From an uncultured Ktedonobacterales bacterium (GTDB lineage: Bacteria; Chloroflexota; Ktedonobacteria; Ktedonobacterales; DATBGS01), in NCBI GenBank assembly GCA_964522745.1, contig CAZFWN010000008.1, positions 5,203-69,202 on the forward strand: 64,000 nt of DNA, read 5' to 3'. Positions 44,810 through 54,804 of this stretch are shown here, piece by piece. The notes under the pieces were generated by a model, which ran no database searches, was not told the origin of the DNA, and was given only the letters and a program-made list of their open reading frames with translations. Positions within the stretch are counted from its first letter, which is position 1, and each line of letters opens with the position of its first letter. The position numbers and the translations under genes were made by a program.

Positions 44810-44817
44810 GTGTGCAG

Positions 44818-44846
44818 TTGACACTTACTCTGCATCGGGCTATCAT
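44818..44846 (+). promoter_or_regulatory. Near-consensus promoter TTGACA-17-TATCAT upstream of the HEPN gene
   Basis: Hexamers and the 17-nt spacer were read directly. It lies about 80 nt upstream of the ATG at 44929. Confidence 0.6.
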
Positions 44847-44928
44847 AACTCCAGTTGGAGACTGGACGAAGAGAGGAATCTTTCCAGGAAGCTCTCCTGC
44901 ATAGTTCCCGATAAGGCAATAGCAAGGG

Positions 44929-45318
44929 ATGATAAACGAAGCTCTGAGTATCTTCGCAGAAGCGGCGCAGGATATGGCGTCAGCCGGGCTAGAACTGGCA
45001 ATTGGGCGACACTTTGCCTGCGCGGACATCTGTAATCAGGTGGCTGAGAAATCCTTCCAGGCGATTAGTGTGCTGCGTAGTGGGCATCGCGTCGCCTATG
45101 ACCACGATCTGCGCGCTTTGGGAGCGGCTGTGGGCGCGCCGCCGGAGCTATTGGAAGATGCGGCGGTGCTTTCGCCCTATCACCCTGAAGCCTACTACGC
45201 TGAGACGCCGCCAGAGGAAGCTGATGGGACTATTGGCGCCGAGACTGCCCAGGATTTGATGCAGCGGGCGCGGCGCATCCTGCGCTGGTCGCGTGGCATT
45301 CTCTTTGCTGCCCCCTGA
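44929..45318 (+). CDS. HEPN domain protein
   Basis: 'AEAAQDMASAGLELAIGRHFACADICNQVAEKSFQAI' plus 'RVAYDHDLRAL' (an Rx4H-type motif) follows the PF05168-like HEPN pattern as I recall it. Confidence 0.65.
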   Translation: MINEALSIFAEAAQDMASAGLELAIGRHFACADICNQVAEKSFQAISVLRSGHRVAYDHDLRALGAAVGAPPELLEDAAVLSPYHPEAYYAETPPEEADGTIGAETAQDLMQRARRILRWSRGILFAAP

Positions 45319-45427
45319 AAGATCATTCATGCTGGCGCGCGTATGTACGCTCACCATAGCCAGGGTACTTCTGGCAATCTAGAAGAACAGTTGGGGACCA
45401 GGGCGTCTCCAGATGAGGGAGGAATCT

Positions 45428-48211
45428 GTGGCGCAGACAACCTACGCAACTTTTGAAGAGACCGTGAAGCGGTCGCCCCACAAATGGGTGTATCTCTTTA
45501 GCGAAGGCAATGCAAAGATGCGTGATCTGCTGGGCGGCAAAGGCGCTGGCGTGGCAGAGATGACCAATGCGGGTCTGCCTGTTCCGCCCGGTTTTACTAT
45601 TACCACCGAAGCCTGCAATGAATACTACAAGGAGGGCAAGCAGTTCCCACAGGGGATGTGGGATCAAGCGCTGGCGGCGCTGCATTATGTCGAGGAGCAG
45701 ACTGGCAAGGGCTTTGGAGATCGAAACAATCCATTGTTGGTTTCGGTGCGTTCGGGCGCAAAGTTCTCAATGCCAGGCATGATGGATACGGTACTGAATC
45801 TGGGGCTGAACGATGAGACCGTGCAGGGCATCATCCAGCTTTCCGGCGATGAGCGTTTTGCCTATGATGCCTATCGACGCTTTGTGCAGATGTTCAGCAA
45901 GATCGTGCTTGGGCTAAAGGCGGAGCCGTTCGAGCATCTGATCGAGCAGTACAAAGAGAAGACCGGCGCGGCCACCGATGCCGATATTCCCGCCGACGCG
46001 CTCAAGCAGATGACTCAGGACTTCAAGCATCTGGCCGAAGAGCAGAGCAAAGAGCCGTTCCCTACCGATGTCTATGAGCAGTTGAAAAAGGCCATCGAAG
46101 CTGTCTTCTCCTCCTGGAATAACAAGCGCGCCATCGACTACCGCAATTTCAACAAGATTCCGCACGATCTGGGCACAGCAGTCAACGTGCAGACAATGGT
46201 GTTTGGCAATATGGGCGACCAGAGCGGTACTGGTGTGGCGTTCACCCGCGATCCCAGCACGGGCGAGCAGGTACTTTATGGCTCCTATCTGGTGAATGCG
46301 CAGGGCGAGGATGTGGTGGCCGGTATTCGCAACACGTCGCCGGTAGAGCATCTTTCTGAGGAGATGCCCCAGGTCTATCAGCAGTTCCACGAGATTGCCG
46401 AGCGGCTGGAGCGCCATTACAAGGATGTGCAAGACCTGGAGTTTACCATTGAGCGTGGCCGGCTGTATATGTTGCAGACGCGCTCGGCCAAGCGCACCGG
46501 CGCGGCTGCCGTGAAGGCGGCGGTGGATATGGTTCACGAGGGGTTGATTAGCAAGGAAGACGCTGTCAAGCGCGTTGAGCCAAATCAGGTCGTACAGTTG
46601 TTGCTGCCGCGCTTTGATCCCAAAGCGCAGGACCAGGCGCGCAGTGATGGGCGCATGCTGGCTAAAGGGGTCAACGCCTCGCCGGGCGCGGCCTATGGTA
46701 AGGCGATCTTTGATGCTGATCGCGCTGAGGAATTGGGCAAGGCCAACCAGAGCGTGATCCTGGTGCGCCAGGAGACCAGCCCGGATGATGTGCATGGCAT
46801 GCTCGTCTCCAAAGGCATCCTGACCAGCCGGGGCGGCACTGGCAGCCACGCGGCAGTGGTGGCGCGTGGCCTGGGTCTGCCGGCAGTGGTGGGCTGTGAC
46901 GCGCTGGCCGTCGATTACGAGCAGCGGCTCTTCCGCGTGCGCGGGACGGATGTGGTCATCCGCGAGGGTGAGGATGTGTCCATTGATGGCGCAACGGGCG
47001 AAGTCTTCCGGGGCACCATCCCCACCGTCGAATCGGCCTTCAACGAAGAGAAAGACCTGCAAGAACTGCTCGGCTGGGCAGACGAGTTCCGCCGACTGGG
47101 CGTCTGGGCCAACGCCGACTATCCACGCGACGCCACCCGCGCTGTCGAGTTTGGCGCCGAGGGTATTGGCCTCTGCCGCACCGAACATATGTTTATGGAG
47201 CAGGAGCGCCTGCCCATCGTACAGCAGATGATTCTGGCCGCCACGAAAGAAGAACGCCAGCAGGCGCTCGATAAGCTGCTGCCCATCCAGCGCGAGGACT
47301 TCAAGGGCATCTTCCGCGCAATGGTCAGCCCGAAGTCTGGCGAGGGCTATCCGGTGGTCATCCGCCTGATCGACCCGCCGCTGCATGAGTTCCTGCCCTC
47401 CTACGAGGAACTGCTGGTCGAGGTGACTCGGCTAGAGGCAACCAACGGCAATAAGCAGGAATTGGTCGAGAAGCGCAAGATGCTGGATGCCGTTGCGGCG
47501 CTGCGCGAGGCCAACCCGATGCTGGGTCTGCGCGGCTGTCGTCTGGGGTTGCTCTTCCCAGAGATCAATGTCATGCAGACGCGGGCCATTCTGGAGGCGT
47601 GCGCCGAACTGGCGAAAGAGGGCAAGAAGCTTCAGCCCAAGATCATGATCCCGCTGGTGGGTCATGTCAATGAACTGCGCGAAGTGCGCCGCCAGCTTGA
47701 AGCAGTGGCGAAGGAGATCGCCGAGTCGGCGGGCGCGGGCAGCCAGATCGCCTATAAGTTTGGCACGATGATCGAACTGCCGCGCGCGGCGCTGACCGCC
47801 GGGCAGATCGCGCAGGTGGCCGAGTTCTTCAGCTTTGGCACGAACGACCTGACGCAGACGACGTTTGGTATGAGCCGCGACGATGCTGAGGGCAAGTTCT
47901 TGCTCAAGTATGTTGAGGGCTTGCAAGAGCCTGGGCTGGATCAGCCGGTGAAGATCCTGCCCACCAATCCCTTCCAGACACTTGACCGTGATGGCGTAGG
48001 CCGGCTGGTGCGTATCGCTGTGCAGGAGGGGCGCGCTACCAATGACCACCTGGAGGTGGGTATCTGCGGCGAGCATGGCGGCGACCCGGAGAGCATTGCC
48101 TTCTGTCACGAGACCGGCCTGGATTATGTCAGTTGCTCGCCGTTCCGCGTGCCGGTGGCCCGGCTGGCTGCGGCGCAGGCGGCGCTGGCAAAGAGCGAGC
48201 GCGATAAATAG
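45428..48211 (+). CDS. ppdK: Pyruvate, phosphate dikinase
   Basis: 'KWVYLFSEG...LLGGKGAGVAEM', the phospho-His region 'GGTGSHAAVVARG', and a C-terminal PEP-utilising 'GICGEHGGDP'. The GTG at 45428 has GAGGGAGG upstream. An ATG at 45413 is possible. Confidence 0.95.
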   Translation: MAQTTYATFEETVKRSPHKWVYLFSEGNAKMRDLLGGKGAGVAEMTNAGLPVPPGFTITTEACNEYYKEGKQFPQGMWDQALAALHYVEEQTGKGFGDRNNPLLVSVRSGAKFSMPGMMDTVLNLGLNDETVQGIIQLSGDERFAYDAYRRFVQMFSKIVLGLKAEPFEHLIEQYKEKTGAATDADIPADALKQMTQDFKHLAEEQSKEPFPTDVYEQLKKAIEAVFSSWNNKRAIDYRNFNKIPHDLGTAVNVQTMVFGNMGDQSGTGVAFTRDPSTGEQVLYGSYLVNAQGEDVVAGIRNTSPVEHLSEEMPQVYQQFHEIAERLERHYKDVQDLEFTIERGRLYMLQTRSAKRTGAAAVKAAVDMVHEGLISKEDAVKRVEPNQVVQLLLPRFDPKAQDQARSDGRMLAKGVNASPGAAYGKAIFDADRAEELGKANQSVILVRQETSPDDVHGMLVSKGILTSRGGTGSHAAVVARGLGLPAVVGCDALAVDYEQRLFRVRGTDVVIREGEDVSIDGATGEVFRGTIPTVESAFNEEKDLQELLGWADEFRRLGVWANADYPRDATRAVEFGAEGIGLCRTEHMFMEQERLPIVQQMILAATKEERQQALDKLLPIQREDFKGIFRAMVSPKSGEGYPVVIRLIDPPLHEFLPSYEELLVEVTRLEATNGNKQELVEKRKMLDAVAALREANPMLGLRGCRLGLLFPEINVMQTRAILEACAELAKEGKKLQPKIMIPLVGHVNELREVRRQLEAVAKEIAESAGAGSQIAYKFGTMIELPRAALTAGQIAQVAEFFSFGTNDLTQTTFGMSRDDAEGKFLLKYVEGLQEPGLDQPVKILPTNPFQTLDRDGVGRLVRIAVQEGRATNDHLEVGICGEHGGDPESIAFCHETGLDYVSCSPFRVPVARLAAAQAALAKSERDK

Positions 48212-48401
48212 GCGGGTCGGGCGCTCATGCCCCCGACCGCTCACTCAGGACGATCAGCGGCGAACGGTGAAGAGTCGATTCATCAGCGGTGACCAGGACT
48301 CTTCACTGGTCGCCGCTGATCTCTCCCATCGCGCTGAAAAAGATCGGCGCTCGGAAGGTTGACAATACTTGTGCCGCTTGCTACTATACAAGTTATAGTG
48401 C

Positions 48402-49946
48402 TTGAATACCGTTCTGACAGGCTTCCCATTCCTATCCCATCTTTATGAGTTCATGGAGCAGAGAGCAACTGATCTGGCGATGTTGACAGCAGTGCAGAAT
48501 ACCATTACGGCCTATCACCTGCTGCCTTCGGAGGGCTGGCTGGTGGTTGGTGTCTCCGGTGGGCCAGACTCGGTCTGCCTCCTTCATCTGCTCAAGCGCT
48601 TGTGTGCATCTGATGGTCCTTTCCCGCGTGTGAGCCTGCATGTGGCGCACCTTGAGCATGGGATACGCGGCGAAGAGAGCCGCGCTGATGCGGCGTTTGT
48701 TGCTGATCTGGCGCAGCAATGGAGCCTTCCATATACGGTTGAGTCGGTTGATGTGCCAGCGCTCGCTCGCAAAGAACGCCTGTCGCTAGAAGATGCAGCA
48801 CGACGAGCGCGCTATCAGTTTCTCCGCTGTGTTGCTGCTGCCGTTGGGGCTGCGCGTATTGCGGTAGCGCACCATGCAGGCGATCAGGTTGAGACGCTGG
48901 TAATGCACTGGCTGCGCGGCAGTGGGCTGGCTGGGCTGGCCGGCATGCGTCCGCGCGAGGGGGACATTATTCGTCCGCTGCTAGAAATCAGCCGCGAGGA
49001 TATTCTGCGCTATTGCCAGGCGCATGCCTTGCCGTTTCGTGAAGATAGCAGTAACCTGGATAAGCGCTTTCTGCGCAATCGCCTGCGCCAGGAGTTGCTG
49101 CCTGTGCTTGAGCAATATAATGCCAATCTGCGCGAGACGCTCTTACGCAACGCTGCTGTACTTGCCGAAGAGGATACGTACATCGAGGCGCAGATTGATG
49201 CGTGCTGGTCAGAGGTGATCGGTGTGGAGGGTGCGCGCCGCCTGGAAGGCGATGTCGCTGCCTATCGACGCTTGCCGTTAGCCTTGCGCCGACGGTTGAT
49301 CCGGCGTCTCGGCCAGCGGGTTTCCAGTGGTGAGGTGTCGCTAGAACTCCGCCATGTTGCTGCTGTTGATGATCTTTTGCTGCAACAGGCCGGCTCTGGA
49401 ATGCTACATCTTCCTGGCGGGCTGCGGCTCTATCGAGCCTCTGATCGCTTTGTTGTGGGGCACGCAGCGGAGCAAAAGCACCAACAAAAGCATCAAGAGG
49501 GTTGGCACCTGCCAGGCAAAAATGAAGTCTCTTTGCCTGTGCCGGGCGAGGCCCAACTTCCAGGAACACCCTGGCTGGTCCGCGCGCAAGTGTTGGAGCG
49601 GGATCGCACGCCCCCGCCTGGCTACGAGCGCGGGGATGCCGGGCGCCGTTGGGGCTATCTGGACTTCGATGCGGTGCAGAAGCATGGCGCGCTCTCGCTG
49701 CGCGCGCGGCGGTCAGGTGATCGTTTCCGCCCCCTTGGTATGCCGGTTGAAGCGAAATTGCAAGATGTGCTGGTGAATGCAAAGATTGCGCGCGCCGAGC
49801 GTGATATCCTTCCGTTGGTTTGTGGGGCCGATGGAATGATTCTCTGGGTTGCTGGCTATCAGGTGGCCGATCCGGTTAAGCTGACGACTAGCACGAGTCG
49901 CGTGCTGGTGTTGGAGCGGGTAGCAGCGCCGGATGAAAAAGGGTAA
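48402..49946 (+). CDS. tilS: tRNA(Ile)-lysidine synthetase
   Basis: PP-loop 'VGVSGGPDSVCLLHLL'. The start is uncertain between the TTG at 48402 and the ATG at 48453. Confidence 0.9.
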   Translation: MNTVLTGFPFLSHLYEFMEQRATDLAMLTAVQNTITAYHLLPSEGWLVVGVSGGPDSVCLLHLLKRLCASDGPFPRVSLHVAHLEHGIRGEESRADAAFVADLAQQWSLPYTVESVDVPALARKERLSLEDAARRARYQFLRCVAAAVGAARIAVAHHAGDQVETLVMHWLRGSGLAGLAGMRPREGDIIRPLLEISREDILRYCQAHALPFREDSSNLDKRFLRNRLRQELLPVLEQYNANLRETLLRNAAVLAEEDTYIEAQIDACWSEVIGVEGARRLEGDVAAYRRLPLALRRRLIRRLGQRVSSGEVSLELRHVAAVDDLLLQQAGSGMLHLPGGLRLYRASDRFVVGHAAEQKHQQKHQEGWHLPGKNEVSLPVPGEAQLPGTPWLVRAQVLERDRTPPPGYERGDAGRRWGYLDFDAVQKHGALSLRARRSGDRFRPLGMPVEAKLQDVLVNAKIARAERDILPLVCGADGMILWVAGYQVADPVKLTTSTSRVLVLERVAAPDEKG

Positions 49947-50037
49947 ATACGGCGCGTGTTGCAGTAATGGTGCGCGCCAGTACGTATTAAGTATCAAAGA
50001 GGATAGGCGAATAGTAAGACATCCAGAAGGAGGGCCT

Positions 50038-50598
50038 GTGCATCAAGACATCGAAGAAATACTCATTGGTGAGAAGCACTTGCAGCAGAAAGTGCTGGAG
50101 CTAGGCCGAAAGATCACCAGTGATTATCAGGGAAGGCCGCTGCTGCTGCTGTGCGTCTTAAAAGGGGCGTTGATGTTTCTGGCCGATCTGGCGCGGGCGA
50201 TTGATTTGCCGCTGGAGTTGGATTTCATGGTGGTCTCCAGCTATGGCAGTGCTACTGAATCGAGCGGGGTGGTCCGTATTGTGAAGGATTTGGAAGAGCC
50301 GATTGATGGGAAAAATGTGCTGATTGTGGAAGATATTGTGGATAGCGGGTTGACGCTCAACTATCTGCTCGAAGTGCTGCGGACGCGCAATCCAGCGAGC
50401 CTGCGAGTCTGTACGCTGATTGATAAGGCCAAAGAGCGTGAGAAATTGGTGATCCCAGATTATATCGGATTTCAGGTGGCTGATCGCTTTGTGGTTGGCT
50501 ATGGGCTTGATTACGCGCAGCGCTATCGCAATCTTCCCTATATTGGTATCCTCAAGCCCGAAGTCTATCAGGAGGCGCCTGAAACCTCGCGGGCGTAG
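50038..50598 (+). CDS. hpt: Hypoxanthine phosphoribosyltransferase
   Basis: PRPP motif 'VLIVEDIVDSGLTL'. The GTG at 50038 has GAAGGAGG 5 nt upstream. The track start at 49933 overlaps tilS. Confidence 0.9.
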   Translation: MHQDIEEILIGEKHLQQKVLELGRKITSDYQGRPLLLLCVLKGALMFLADLARAIDLPLELDFMVVSSYGSATESSGVVRIVKDLEEPIDGKNVLIVEDIVDSGLTLNYLLEVLRTRNPASLRVCTLIDKAKEREKLVIPDYIGFQVADRFVVGYGLDYAQRYRNLPYIGILKPEVYQEAPETSRA

Positions 50599-50619
50599 CT
50601 TTTTTGTATCTTTCTTGGA

Positions 50620-52995
50620 ATGGCGGACTGTGGCATGTCTCGATTGAGCGCTCACAATGGGGTCTTTTTGCTCGATGGTCAGCCCTGGTTTTTGCGCGCC
50701 GGGGAGTTCCAGTATTTTCGCATTCGTCCTGATCTCTGGCGCCCTGGACTTGAGAAGCTCAAGGCGGCGGGGTTTAATACTATCTCCAGCTATATTCCCT
50801 GGATCTGGCATGAGCCAGAAGAGGGGCAGCTTGATTTTACCGGAGTCACCCACCCGCAGCGCAATCTGGTGGCCTTTCTGGAGACGTGTCGCGCGGTAGG
50901 AATGCTTTTTATGGCGCGTCCTGGCCCCTATATTTATGCTGAGTATCGCGGCTTTGGGCATCCTGGCTGGCTGAGCGCAAAGTACCCCGATACAGTGATG
51001 CGCCGCCCGAATGGCACGCTGATTCGCGGCGATCATTACGCCAACTTCGCCGTGATGCAGCCAACGTATCTGGCGAAAGTAGAACGCTGGTACGCGGCGG
51101 TGGTTGAGGTGCTGCGGCCTTTTTTCGATAATCCGGTCATCAGCTTTCAACTCGATAATGAAACCGGCCTGATGTATGGCAACTCGCTGGGCAAATTTGA
51201 TTTCAACCCCGATACGATAGGTCGCTATCGTATCTTCCTGCACGATACGTATGGCGAGATCGAGGCGCTGAATGCGGCCTGGGGAACCAATTTTCCGGCC
51301 TTCGGGCAGATTCTCCCGCCTCGTGGCCGTTTCGGGCGAGGCGAGGCAGTCGATTGGCAGCGCTTTCTTGAGGACTGGCTGGTGGGCTACCTGAAGTATC
51401 TGCGCAAAATTGCCACCGAGCTTGGGGTGACGGTGCCGTTGGCGATTAACGATCAGGCGACCTATCTCAGCCCGACACATCCCGGCAATAAATCGCCGGT
51501 GGCTGATGTGTATGGCTTTGATCTCTATACCAAGAGCAGCGGCGCGGCAGTAACGGCAGATTTTCCCTTTGCCTCGTCGCATTATTCGGCGCTGTTCAGC
51601 GCCTACGCGACGCCGGAGCGGCCATCCTCCTGTCTGGAACTGGGCGCTGGCTGGTGGGATCGTCGCGCGCGCATCCCTAATGAGACGACGGTGCAGGCTA
51701 TGCTGGGCTGCGTAGCGCATGATGTGCGGGGCTACGCCATGTATATTGTGCATGACGGCAAAGACCCAGAAGGTGCAGCCTACCGTTTTCAGACGTTGCT
51801 TGATGAGCAGGGCAACGAGCAGCCGCGCTATGAAGCTGTGCGCGGCGTGCAAGCGTTCTTGCAGACGCATGAGCAACTGGTGCTGCAATCAGAGAAAACG
51901 TGTGATGCTATCGCTTACCTGCATTATCAGCCGTCTGCGCGCTTCTTGCCGGAAGATTATCTGCCCCGGCAGATAGCGCCCGATCCCATTCAATTTTTAG
52001 CTGGGCTGGGGCATTTTGGCTTCTATGATCTGCTGGTCAGCGTCGGTTACCAGCCGCGCTTCTTCGATCTGGAGCAGGCGACCGATGAGCAATTGGCGGG
52101 GTGTCGTGTCGCCATTTTTCCCGCGCGGGGCTATCTCGATCCGAAAAGTTTTGCCAAGCTCCGCCGCTATGTGGAGCAGGGCGGCCAGTTGATTACCTTG
52201 CCAGGGGTGATTACGCAGGACCACTATGGGCATCCTCTGGAGGGCGCTGAGGAGTTGTACCCCTATCCAGAGCAGCGCGTGCGCTGGCTTGGTCGGGCGC
52301 GCTTGCTGACTGGCCTGGTGACTGGCTGGCTCATTCGCTATCACGTGCTGGATCGCTCCCGTCTGGCGAAAGACCTGCCAACGGCGATGCACTTGAGCGA
52401 CCTGTATGAGCCGCTGCTGGTAGCTCAGGGGATTCCATTGCCGGCAGCGAAGTTGACCTCCGCAGGCGGAGCGACAGTACGCGGCGATTATCGCCTTGCG
52501 ACCTTTGCTGTTCCGTCTGATCTTGCACCAGAGCAAACGATTCTGCGCGCCGGCGACTTATGCGCCGGCTATCGCGTGCCGGTTGGGCAGGGCGCCAGCA
52601 TTGTGCTGGGGACGCTTCCTGGCGGTTGCTATAATACCTCCGTCTACTATCGACTGGCGGCATCTGAGCGAGCTGAACTCCGGCGCTTTGCTAGAGAACT
52701 GATGAATTCCCTAGGAACCAGCAGGGCAGCGGTCAGCGATTTGGAGGTCGAGTGTGTGCGGCGGCGTCTGCCGGATGGAGGCTGGCTGCTCTTCTTGCTG
52801 AATCGCGCGGGGCAGCAGCAGGGAACCCTGACCCTGGCGCTGGACGGCCTGGCAGGGTCTCACATTGAGACGCTCTATACCTATAAACGCTCGCGCGCCC
52901 AGGTGCAGGCTGGCGCGTACTCAGATGGGCATGTCAGGCTAGACCTGCACCTTGAGCCTGATGATGTGATGGTGCTGCACCTCATGCCGGCGTGA
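50620..52995 (+). CDS. Glycoside hydrolase family 35-like beta-galactosidase
   Basis: 'FLLDGQPWFLRAGEFQYFRIRPDLWRPGLEKLKAAGFNTISSYIPWIWHEPEEGQLDFTG' is the GH35 N-terminal signature. 'QLDNETG' carries the acid/base Glu. Confidence 0.8.
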   Translation: MADCGMSRLSAHNGVFLLDGQPWFLRAGEFQYFRIRPDLWRPGLEKLKAAGFNTISSYIPWIWHEPEEGQLDFTGVTHPQRNLVAFLETCRAVGMLFMARPGPYIYAEYRGFGHPGWLSAKYPDTVMRRPNGTLIRGDHYANFAVMQPTYLAKVERWYAAVVEVLRPFFDNPVISFQLDNETGLMYGNSLGKFDFNPDTIGRYRIFLHDTYGEIEALNAAWGTNFPAFGQILPPRGRFGRGEAVDWQRFLEDWLVGYLKYLRKIATELGVTVPLAINDQATYLSPTHPGNKSPVADVYGFDLYTKSSGAAVTADFPFASSHYSALFSAYATPERPSSCLELGAGWWDRRARIPNETTVQAMLGCVAHDVRGYAMYIVHDGKDPEGAAYRFQTLLDEQGNEQPRYEAVRGVQAFLQTHEQLVLQSEKTCDAIAYLHYQPSARFLPEDYLPRQIAPDPIQFLAGLGHFGFYDLLVSVGYQPRFFDLEQATDEQLAGCRVAIFPARGYLDPKSFAKLRRYVEQGGQLITLPGVITQDHYGHPLEGAEELYPYPEQRVRWLGRARLLTGLVTGWLIRYHVLDRSRLAKDLPTAMHLSDLYEPLLVAQGIPLPAAKLTSAGGATVRGDYRLATFAVPSDLAPEQTILRAGDLCAGYRVPVGQGASIVLGTLPGGCYNTSVYYRLAASERAELRRFARELMNSLGTSRAAVSDLEVECVRRRLPDGGWLLFLLNRAGQQQGTLTLALDGLAGSHIETLYTYKRSRAQVQAGAYSDGHVRLDLHLEPDDVMVLHLMPA

Positions 52996-53057
52996 AATCG
53001 GCCAGAGTCCGATAATGAAATGTGACGTTTTATTTGGGTCTCGCTCTGCCAACCATT

Positions 53058-53154
53058 CGCCGAATAAATTCGGCGCTAAAGGCGCCAGTGGGCGCCCTCA
53101 AGTCCCGCAGGGACTTCCTGGCCGTGAGGCCCGTAGCGCCGATTAAAATCGGCG
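53058..53154. repeat. Stacked-hairpin repeat element, copy B (97 bp)
   Basis: The five stem-loops are CGCCGAAT-AA-ATTCGGCG, GGCGCC-AGTG-GGCGCC, AAGTCCC-GCA-GGGACTT, GGCC-GTGA-GGCC and CGCCGATT-AA-AATCGGCG. It sits between the convergent GH35 and glpK genes. Confidence 0.85.
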
Positions 53155-53181
53155 AAAGCTTGGCTGTGCTGCCGGTGTGAT

Positions 53182-54687
<1,506 letters not shown>

Positions 54688-54804
54688 TCACCTGCTTTCT
54701 GGGAGGCTGCTCTACGTCCTCTATTCGTTCCCATACCATTGGGGCCGATATGGCTTCGGCCCTTCTATTATAGCCGCCTGACGATCCTTTCCATCAAGAG
54801 AGTT

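Noticed and set aside
44510-44824. A 104-aa minus-strand ORF across the repeat array, giving 13-residue peptide repeats (xYxxAL).
   Set aside because: It starts (GTG) just downstream of the + strand terminator hairpin, reads through the stem, and has no RBS. It is rich in A-ending codons (GCA, CGA, CTA, AAA, ACA), unlike the G/C-ending preference of real genes here. The peptide periodicity is simply the 39-nt DNA period.
45914-47386. A 490-aa minus-strand ORF.
   Set aside because: It is antisense to ppdK, whose identity is unambiguous.
48213-48330. Hairpins after ppdK (GGTCGGG...CCCGACC, and a 12-bp stem AGCGGTGACCAG/CTGGTCGCCGCT) considered as terminators.
   Set aside because: Both stems are real, but neither is followed by a T-tract. 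They are left unannotated as too uncertain.
50158-51888. A 576-aa minus-strand ORF.
   Set aside because: It is antisense to hpt and the GH35 gene, and its Arg/His/Ile-rich nonsense composition marks it as a shadow ORF.
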